Assembly: GCF_033153115.1 (NCBI RefSeq)
Contig: NW_026889805.1
Span: forward strand, 3,472,001-3,536,000
Length of the DNA stretch: 64,000 nucleotides
From: Saccostrea echinata
Taxonomy: Eukaryota
Reading direction: 5' to 3'
Shown: positions 49,277-64,000 of the stretch, one piece after another
Numbering within the stretch: the first letter of the stretch is position 1
How the letters are laid out: each line of letters starts with the position of its first letter
Position numbers and translations under genes: made by a program
The notes under the pieces: model-generated
Told to the model about the DNA's origin: nothing
The model's database searches: none
What the model saw: the letters and a program-made list of their open reading frames with translations, nothing else

Positions 49277-51766
49277 CTTGGCTGAATTGCAAGAAGATAA
49301 AAACCATGCTTTTGGATTGTACAAAAATGATAAACGTTTTACCTCCAGTACCAGATTTTGTATAATTGACCAGAATTGTGGACTGCCTTGATTTATACAT
49401 TACTGACATGTGTTTGATACTCGAGTTATGAATAGTATTTAATACCAACTCAGCCCAAATGGGCATAAACAAATAACAATTATATTCTTATATATCATAC
49501 AGACAATAGACAATATCATTGAATATGAATATACAGTGATAAGTAATTCTTCGAGTTAGTACATTGGTGGTATTTTTTAAGTTCCATAAATTATGTAGAC
49601 GTGTTGAAATACTTTTCATATTGAAATAATACGAGTTATGTTTCTTTGTTGTAAGCGAACCAGAAAGCCTGAAAGGTGGCGGATCTAGCTTTGATTGATC
49701 GCTGATAATTGTACAGCGTATGATTATAATCGATCTTTTTATCTATGTATCCATTTATCCATCTTTTCATTTATTTAATATTTGTGCATGGTGAAAAGAC
49801 CTAGTGGTAGTTTTCAACTTTGACTGAAATTCTTTATTTAAAAAAAGCCAGTCATGTAGATATCCATTTCTATTCTGCATGACGTACTGTAAGGAAAAAA
49901 TCTCTCTCTCAATAATTAATCAACTAGTGATCGAGTCAATCACTCAATGATTTTATACAATTCATTTAGAAAATATAAAGCAAATGTATAAACCTAGGCT
50001 GAAAAAATTATTGTCCCAATTTCAAATGACTGAATATTTCGTTTTTAGTTCATTTTAATGAATATTTCGTTTTTAGTTCATTTTAAATGATGGGAATAAA
50101 ATACATCACCATATATGAATGCTGATAAATAAATTAGGTAATTAATTAATAAAAAATAGCTGTGAATAATTTTTTTTTATGAATAAATAAATAAATAAAA
50201 ACTTTCGTAATTTCAAATTTATCGGATTTTGATTCCAAGACGTTGTCATCATCTATTATGATAACCCACTCATGTACGGATCTAGAACTGAGGGGCCGGT
50301 CCGGACCCCCTGCGATTTTCAGCTAGAACAATTGAATTTACATTACGAGTGTCCAGCCCCAGCCCACTCCCCCCCTCTCTCCCCCCCACACACAAATAGG
50401 TCCCCCTTTTTCGATTAATTCGGAGTTTTTGAGGCATTATATCACCTCAGATCAGAAGGGTAAATTTGAATCTTCCAAATACATTATGGAATGAGTTATT
50501 AACGTTCCATATGTAATAGTTGTTATACTATCAATTCGCATACCTTTTCCTGATTATGTAATCATTTCATGATTGTGTATTAGAAATAGATATTCTGTTC
50601 TGTTCATATTTATATAGATCTAACATGCAGCACTGTTTCCCATCCGTCCCTCTATATAAAGATATTAGGTGAAAATTAATATCCATATATTTCTTCCTGA
50701 ATCCGAGACTTTTATATAAATTATATAACTATACCTCTTTCCACTAATTAATTAATGCATGACAAAGTTCTTAAGCCGAAGATAAACAGATTCACGTGCC
50801 CATTCTATGTACATATATCACCAGTTGCAGGCCCTGGTTGTAAAAACAAAATAAAAATTTCCAAGTTTTCAAAATCGAAAATGTTCTGTCCAGGCCCGTA
50901 GGAAGCTATTTCAATTGGGGGGAGGACAACCATACATTTTCAGCTGGGGGCACTATATCATCTTCCTAAAATTCCTTGACCATAAAAAAAAAAAAAAAAA
51001 TCAGATGTTATTATTGAGGGGGCACAAGCATATATAGTAGCTATGTTTCTATAGTAATCTGTATATCGGCAAAATTATTCGGGGCACGCCTCCTACCCCG
51101 TGCCCCTGGTTCATACAGTTTAAAAAATTATCTTAAAAATTAAAAATTAAAATTAATTATAGAATATTGCGCAATTTTGATGAGTGAAGTATGATTTTCT
51201 TGTATATAAATTAATTATTTGTGCTTGTACCCTGTAATAATCATATCAATAAATCTCATTTTTTTAGGGAGATGAAAACCTAGATCCACCTCTTACTTTT
51301 CGCTTTGTTCGAAAGCGTGACGTCTGACGAACGAACATTTTTTGCTTTGGCCTAATCATTGGGCTGGGGCGTAGAACGGAGTAGCTCACAAGAAGGACTG
51401 ACCCTTGGATCATCCCGAGATCTTAGAGGGTATTATATAGTGGATGACCAGTTAGTCGTCTCAAGCGGAATTAAATCTCCTATCATCAAATTAGTCTTGT
51501 TCTTTAGGTGAGACTTGTGAGTTATCGGACGACAGATCATTCGCCAGCGGAGTTAGTACCGACGATAATTTGGTATTCTTATTTTCAGTGCCTTTAACTT
51601 GTATATTTCACACCAGCATATTATTAGTGATATAACTTATGAACATTTTTAATTTCAGATTTTCCTATTCTTCAAAGCCTGAACTAAAGCACGAGAGAGT
51701 ATCAGCTGAATATATATATAGCTTTGGAATATCTATTACATCTTGACATTGGGGAGACCGAGCACA

Positions 51767-56549
<4,783 letters not shown>

Positions 56550-57489
56550 TGTCATTCTGAAATTTAAAGAATTGTAACTGAGAGCTGATACGGGATTTGG
56601 GGAAGGGTAGTATTTTACAATCTCAATGTTTACTCTCCTGCCTACAAAGGATATTGATCAAAATCTGCTTTAAACTGATAGCTGTTAAAATGTAGAAAAT
56701 TATTGTTCTTCTGTCATAATAAAATTAAAGTGTTTTAAAGATATATATGTTACTTCTGTCTTAAATCTGAGTATCAATAAAATGTGGCAATCTATCTGAG
56801 CAAGTCAGTGATATGTATAATTTACTTTATTATAATTAATTATTATATTATTAATTATTAAAGGTTCATATTCCCTTGATTATTCTTCATATGTTTTTTA
56901 TATGTGATACTTCTTTCACTATCAATTTCATTTTTGTATAACGTGTTATTACAGTAGGGCCTGATAAGGTTCTGTGTGTCCCTTTGACCAGTGAAAAATG
57001 AAAATAAACTTGTGTATAAGAGTTTTACAGCTGAATTTGTATGATATGTACGTTATTTATGTGTGATGTAACCACAAAATGTTTCCGTTTCATAAGTGAA
57101 TGTTTGTTTTGCAGTAAATTTATACAGAGGTAAAGATCATAATGATTGACTGAAAAAAAAAGACATTTTATGCTTCATTTTTTGCATGTGGTGTGTACAC
57201 AAATATTATAGTTATATGAAAGTAAAAATAAAACTTAAATGATATATAGTTATACAGATCTGTTGTCATTTTGAAGAGCTTAATTAATTAAATATGAGAT
57301 TGATTTCCTCCTATTTATACATATATGCATCTTTACAATGCAAGCCAGTGTAATGATCGATAGGCAGTTTAAGGCGCTTAAGTTCTGAATCAATGCTTTT
57401 ATACCCATCCCTCTCTGACAAACATGCATGTCCAACTTATCACAGAATAAGGGTATTGCCTAGTTTCAATAATCCTGGTCTATAATCAT

Positions 57490-58265
57490 AAGAAATACAT
57501 GTATCTTGAATGGACTAAAATCATATGAAATACATGTATCATAAGTGCTCTAAAATCATATGAAATACATGTATCATTAATGGTCTAAAATCCTATGAAA
57601 TACATGTATCATGAATGGTCTAAAATCCTATGAAATACATGTATCATGAATGGTCTAAAATCATATGAATACATGTATAATGAATGGTCTAAAATCATAT
57701 GAAATACATGTGTCATAAATGGTCTAAAATCATATGAAATACATGCGCGGATCTAGAGGGTGGGTCGCCCCTCCCCCCGGAATTTGCATAGTTATTAAAA
57801 GTATACACTGAAGCAAATAAAAAATGACTTTGGACCCCCCTCCCATGGAAAACTTGGACCCACCACTACCACCACCACAAAATAGGTTATTTCACATCTG
57901 GGAAAAGTATTTTACGTTTTTTTTTTTTTCTGCTTGTCAGGAAATTTCTTGGTTTGATACGTTTGGGAAAGGAGTTCAGGTTTTTTTCTGGGTGGAAAAT
58001 TTTTGACTGGGGTGGACCTCCCCCCCCCCTTGCAAAAAATTCCTGGATCCATGCCTGAAATACATGTATCATGAATGGACTAAAATCTTATGAAATACAT
58101 TATTATGAATGGAATAAAATCATATGAAATACATGTATCATGAATGGTCTAAATCATATGAAATACATGTATCTTGAATGGACTAAAATATCATATGAAA
58201 TACATGTATCATAGATGGTCTCTAATCATATGAAAAACATGTATCATAGATGGTCTATAATCAAA
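57490..58265. repeat. 35-bp minisatellite interrupted by a MITE
   Basis: Unit ctaaaatcatatgaaatacatgtatcatgaatggt (period 35, e.g. 57550 and 57585). Confidence 0.9.
57742..58057. mobile_element. MITE (CATGCGCGGATC TIR) inserted in a minisatellite
   Basis: TIRs catgcgcggatc / gatccatgcctg with a 5-bp TSD AAATA. The interior is shared with the copy at 4196-4410. Confidence 0.75.
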
Positions 58266-58404
58266 TAAGATACTCCTGTACAGTACAGTAATGAAGTTAT
58301 GCCATCATCAAAGACTATGCTGCTTCAACATATGTACATTGTACATGATCTCATTTCTTTGCATGGTTCGAGGTTTGCCATTGGAATAGTGGTGATATTT
58401 AAAG

Positions 58405-58838
58405 TGTAACCGGCAAGGGACCATCCTCGCAAGCCAGGGGTCCTGAGTCAACACGTTGTCCAACGGCAACGTGTTGACTCAGCACCCCTGGCTTGCGAGG
58501 ATGGCAGGGACCAAACCAGGATTCAAACCCAGACCCTATATCACTATACAGATGCTCTACCGAGATATATGGCCACAGGTGATCGTACTTGCCTGACCAT
58601 CATATTCTTTCCTCAAAAGGTTTTGCCCCTGAAGACATGACCAAACCAGGTTCTTCCCTGGCATGTCTTTCATCTGTCACTTCCAGGGCATGGCTCAGCA
58701 CCAAGTGTAACTAAAAAGGAGAAAAATGAGACAGACCAAACCAGGATTCGAACCTGGGCCCCCTACATCACTAGTCAGGTGTTTACCAATTGAGCTATAA
58801 TCTGGCCAACAGTGATTGAACCTGCCTGATCCCCACTA
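58405..58838 (-). mobile_element. Diverged two-LTR TRIM copy carrying a hairpin insertion
   Basis: Two tRNA-like LTR segments (ggattcgaacctggg...ctagtcaggtg), a PBS remnant (cagcaccaagtgtaac on + strand, ~58697-58711) and a PPT remnant at ~58603-58615. Confidence 0.6.
58422..58503. mobile_element. 82-bp near-perfect hairpin MITE
   Basis: CATCCTCGCAAGCCAGGGG...CCCCTGGCTTGCGAGGATG with ~39-bp arms, flanked by an imperfect duplication (gcaagggac / gcagggac). Confidence 0.7.
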
Positions 58839-59688
58839 TTGTAACTACTAATGAGTACCATATCTCCATTTCCTCAGTCTGATGGACCCCAGCTCATGTC
58901 CAAAAAGGTTCACTTTGACAGAACATATGGGCTGCAGTTTACAGGGAATTAAAAAAAAAACAAACTGTTTTCTGAAGCAATTCATAGCTGTAGTTTAGAC
59001 ACAGGAATGTAATTGCATGTTTTTTTTTTTTTTTTGGGGGGGGGGGGGGGGGGGAGAAAACTTCAAAGGCAGAGTTTGAAGCAAAACAAAACATTCAAAA
59101 ATATCAGGTCATTATATTTATCAACCTTTTCCCACTAATTCAGCCCACCCATTCATGTAATGAAGCATATTTTTAAATGGGATTCAAACTATAGGACATT
59201 ACACACTGTCTCTTTATAATATCACTGCCAAGAAATACTTTTACTGAGAAGTAATCCATGTAAAGACAGTGGAGTCCAATGACCAACTGATTGCACTACA
59301 TGTAGATTTTGAATTTGCTAAAATAAGTACATGCGATACATGCACAGAACCTTAATAAATTGAATATAATAGCCTAATTAAAAGTGTACAATACAAATTT
59401 TAATTGCCTATGTAGTGGTAAAATTTTGTTGTTATTGATTAAAACAGTTAAAAACAGCTATTCAAAAGCACATTGAAGAGTTTAACAAATTCCCCTCAGA
59501 GCCCCCCCCCCCCCCCAAATTGTAATTTATAGCTTATAGCATTAATCTCCCTGTTCAAACTACGATCAAATTTTTACACTGTTTATTTAAGCAATGCGTG
59601 TCCGTTGGTAAGGGACATGCGCTCGATAAAAAATATTTTCCCGGAATTCAGATTTCTGTAAGTCTACCTTTTCAATTTTGTAAAACTT

Positions 59689-59699
59689 AAGATGGCGGC
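59689..59699 (+). promoter_or_regulatory. YY1-type motif AAGATGGCGGC near the probable SLX9 transcription start
   Basis: Exact YY1 consensus in a short CpG-richer patch (59590-59705), with a donor-like GTAAGT at 59658, about 0.9 kb upstream of the SLX9 ATG. Confidence 0.45.
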
Positions 59700-60030
59700 G
59701 CCCATGTACAAAATAGACAGCAGCATGACTGTATATGATGGAGTTGTGATGAACTAGGAATATCCATGTACAACTTGCAATAATTGTATATTCTGGCTTA
59801 TGTAAGATGATTGTTTGCTTTATTAGTATTGTTGATTTGTTTTTTTTTAGGTTTGATACTCGGCAATAGCGTTTGTTTTCATTCATTATAATTAAAAAAA
59901 AATGTTTGCTCTAATTTTTGCCTTTAACATTTTAAGATATTTACTAAGTAATTCACTATTAATTTGAATAAAATCCTTGAAATCTTTTTTTACTTTATGG
60001 CAAAAATTTTGACGCAAGCCCATTGCAGAG

Positions 60031-60154
60031 CACAGGTACTTGGGTCTTGGTTTATAAATATGTATACCTATTGATATGTAAAAAAAAAAAAGAACTTTTT
60101 TTTTTACATATCAATAGGTATACATATTTATAAACCAAGACCCAAGAACCTGTG
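60031..60154. mobile_element. Second copy of the palindromic CACAGG MITE
   Basis: Near-identical arms to 27087-27216; no TSD visible. Confidence 0.75.
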
Positions 60155-60617
60155 ACATACAGTTCAAAAAGTAAAGAGGAATCAATCCCCTACATGGTGG
60201 GGATACAGATAAACCTGTTAACCACAGGTTGTTACTTTTTAAGTATGATGCAGATGTAGATTTATAACATGTAAAGCTAAAGGAAAAAATCTTTAGTTTT
60301 TTGCACAGTAAATTTATATCCCATTTGCCATATTGTTATGTATCGTGAATGGGCTATAAAATATCCCATTTGGGCAATTGGTCCCAACATGTTTAGTATT
60401 GAAAAATTTTAAATGAAAGAGGAACCTGCAACATGGAGTTAGCTTAATTCACATTTTCTTGGCAGAATTTTCTTTATGCATCATTTTTTCTAGAAGTGTT
60501 TCTAGTTATCTCCATGAAGTTTTTAAAAACATTGTAAATAGAATTAGATTAATATGGAGGAAATATGTTAGTAGTAGGCAGTAACTCAATGTCACCTTTT
60601 ACTTAAGGTTGTAAAAA

Positions 60618-63039
60618 ATGGGTAAACAAAAGAGAGGTAGACAGAAATACCACAATGCAGCAGTTAAACCCAAAAATGTCACCAAAGAGGAGGGAAAGGC
60701 AGACCAGGAGGTGAGAGGTGTTCCTGTAAAATCTGTGTTCCTGTAAAATCTGTGTCCTTGTTCATGGAAACTTGAATGCACTATGAAACAAGGATATAGG
60801 TAAAACTTAAAATATGACAAAATATTGATAATGATAATGTCACATGTTTGGTAAACACTGCTAAAAGTATAAAATAATAAGATGGGTAGAATTTAATAAG
60901 GACATAGCATTGAGAATAGTGAACATTAGAATCCTTTGTTTGTGTGCTTATATATATTTAGTGATACATATTTAAGAATCATCTGCTTTATCAAGTAGTA
61001 CACATGATCTTACATTTAGGAAATGGAAACCTCCTCTACTCCAAGTGTACCTGCTGTAACAGGTAACATGTTTAAGAGTGTGAAAATCAGCATGGAGGAT
61101 TTGGCTCAGAAACTGCCCACTGACTGGGATACAAAGAGTGCCATTACTAGTACCTCACTTAAGGGGCTACAGCTGAAAAAGAAAGACAGGAAGAAACTTA
61201 GAAGAGAACTTCTAGTGCAAAGTAAGTTAAAAATTAAATTTTAAATGAAGTATGGATAATTCATCCAAACATTTTAAATTAATTTTTTTTCTTTTTGAGA
61301 GGGTTCAATTCACGTTAACATGTTTAGATGGTGTGGAACCATTACTGTTTCCTGAGGAAGTTATTCTGAGGCTCTTTTTGTCAACAGATTTAATAAACTG
61401 ATGAAATAAACTTCTTAGTCAGAGTAGAAAGAAAGACAAAGATTTTCTCTCAGACATTTTCTCTACAAGTAAAGCGTAGGCTAAAACAAGATACAGCTGT
61501 ATCTCCTGTATATTGATTGTTACATGCCAGAACAAAACATGTTAATGTTTTATTACAAATATTGATAAGGATCTGTTATACTGGTACAGCGGAAAATTCT
61601 TAATTAGGATGGTTAATAGTGGTCTGTTACATCGATAGATCTGATAATTCTTTATCAGGATGGTTATTAGGGATCAGCGTGATTGTTAGAGTTGATAATT
61701 CTTTATTAGGTTGGCTAATAGTGATTTTTTTTAATTGATAGAGCTGGATGCAGTGGAGGCAGCAGAAAAAGCTGCCAAAGAGAAGAAGAGAAAACAGAGT
61801 GCCCCTGTGGTGGGGGACATCGGTTTGCTGGGAGAGGCCCTCCCTACTCTGGACATGCTCCTCAAAAGTGATGAACACAAGAAAAAGTAAGAGCATATTG
61901 AAAACAAACTCCCACCTATGTCTGATAATAATACAGATTTCTTCTCTTGATTTAATACCTCACTTTGATATAAATGAGAAAATGTTCCAATTTGCAATAT
62001 TTACCAATACTAATTCAATTCATAGTATCTCGTTTGAAAAAAAACCCCATTGGTAGTATTGCTAGAATTGTATAAAATCTAAATCAGCAATTCAAACATA
62101 GATTACTTCCATATTGACTTTGTATAGCTTCTAATGTTATGGCCAGGAAGGATGTTTTAATTTTTTTCTGCTGAAGTCTTCTAAATAACCTAAGTCACAG
62201 CCTTGACATAAATGGTTGCCTAGGACCTGAGAATGTATCCTCATTCTATGTCAAGTTTATTTGGCAAGTTCAAGGAAACTTTTATTATCCTGATTTTTTT
62301 CAGAGACTTGTGGTAACTAATATCTGACCCATTATTCATAATCCCAAAATGTTTATGCAAGAATAATGTCTGTAGAGGAAAAAGAATGAAATTTTGCCAG
62401 GAGTAGCAGTATATCTCAACTTAGAAGTGTTTTTCTAGTTTTCAAAGTAATCAGAAAATAAAGGTTATTGTCATGGCTTTTCAAGAGATGACACAAAATG
62501 GAGTGATCAGAAATAAGCATGGCCACAGTGGCTACTGATTAAGTGATTGTCTTCTGCCTTAGTACTCTCTAACATGTAAAACTTTTCTTCTTCTTCAGGG
62601 AATGTAATAAAGAAAAACCTCGCAGTATTTTAAAAGAGAAAAAGCGACAAAAGCAGATGTGAGTACCAATAATTTTTGTCTCATATGTCAGTGTAATGTT
62701 TTACGGTATACAGTACATAAAATATGATTATAACCAACATGCCTACAATGATTAAATGCTTATAGTAAAGTGATTTTCATTCACTGTAGTTTTAAAACAT
62801 ATTGTAAACTCATCGTGTTTTATTTATTTAACTGTATGAGTATAGATAAGATAGATAAGTTAAGATTTATTGATACCAATTTGGGGCCCCTCAGGGCATA
62901 CAAGTAGAATAATGTACACAAGGAGAAATTCAAAATTGATAGCAGCAACATGTCAATATTAAAAGAAAAGAAAAAAAACTAACTAAAGAAGATTATGATG
63001 ATTATTGCAGATGGGGATTACCAATAATAAATGCTTTAA

Positions 63040-63125
<86 letters not shown>

Positions 63126-63527
63126 GCATATACAAAGAATTTGTAACATGTATATTTGTACTAGAGTATTAATAATTTAATATTATTACTATGACTATGA
63201 GTATAAGTACATCTTAAGACCTTAAAATTTTTAATGCACATTTTTGAGGAGAAGTTGATAATTTTGACAGTTAAATACATTTAAGAATTACTTTTATTTC
63301 TTTTTTTAGACATGCATGTACTTAAAATGTGTGTGGCAGAAATGTTGTTGATTATTGTTCTGTTATAGAATCACTTGAAGCTTTTTCTATTTTTCTTTGT
63401 AAGGTTAAAAGACATGGAATTATTCCACCAAGTGTACAGTCATCCATCTTATTCAAAGGATCCAAGGGCCACAATTCATGAACATTTACAAAACAAACTG
63501 AAACAGGAAAATCAGATGGAATCTTAG
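60618..63527 (+). CDS. SLX9: SLX9/FAM207A ribosome biogenesis factor
   Basis: Exons 60618-60710 (MGKQKRGRQKYHNAAVKPK...), 61020-61221 (...LKKKDRKKLRRELLVQ), 61742-61886 (KLDAVEAAEK...PVVGDIGLLGEALPTL), 62599-62658, 63404-63527 (MLKDMELFHQVYSHPSYSKDPRATIHEHLQNKL...*). All phases agree and the motifs match the SLX9 family. Confidence 0.85.
63057..63121. repeat. (TA)n microsatellite in an SLX9 intron
   Basis: About 32 TA units following a poly-A run. Confidence 0.95.
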
Positions 63528-64000
63528 CACCGGTGGCAGACTTACTTTGGAGAAAAAAGAAGAGAACCATGTTTATCTTGTAAAATCAGCAAAAAAAAAA
63601 AAAGCATTGTATTCCAAACACAAGCTAATCAAGGTTACCTTGTAAATGTATGGAATCTAAACACATACACGATAATTGTTATTGTTTTTAAAACGATTTA
63701 TTTTGTAAGAGAATTAATTTTTATGGGTTTACCATTTCTTCTCAGACTATTAGTATTGAAATGATCATCATCATTTTCCAGGTGGAATCAGTGTGTATTG
63801 CACACTTGCTCTTTTATAAATTCTGTACCTAATCATTTAACCAGAATAATTAGTGATGTCATAATTCCAAGTGTGACTGATGTATTTAAAACAAAAATCT
63901 TGCTGTAATTTGTGGCTTTACTTGATTTTGTTCCTGATAGGTTTTTACCTATCATGAGCTTCAAGAATTCTACTTTATTGTTCATTGTTAAGGTACTTTG

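Noticed and set aside
49109-49472. ORFs overlapping the tRNA
   Set aside because: Shadow frames of the tRNA-Ser gene with no protein motif.

Overview
AT-rich, intron-containing animal DNA. The repeat content (~166-bp satellite-bearing HINE elements, a TRIM, Penelope-like fragments) points to a bivalve, most likely an oyster; this is inference. Exon chains read by hand support five recognisable protein genes: a secreted IgGFc-binding-domain protein, a coiled-like Ly6/GPI protein, TMEM26, a UBE2E-type E2 enzyme and SLX9/FAM207A. There is also one tRNA-Ser(CGA). The most interesting item is a head-to-head pair of small multi-exon genes that the ORF track largely misses. On the - strand (10142-25517) is a ~142-153 aa disordered protein with two ITIM/BTAM-type tyrosines 32 residues apart and two alternative first coding exons giving either an N-myristoylation (MGGTGSKKK) or a Cys-rich, probably palmitoylated (MFCCANFKGC) N-terminus. 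On the + strand (26597-30961) is a ~126 aa single-pass protein with a very short ectodomain and four tyrosine motifs (YANM, YADL, YTPV, YVEI). Together they look like a candidate phosphotyrosine adaptor pair. Several tandem repeats originate at splice junctions. All gene models are manual predictions without transcript support.
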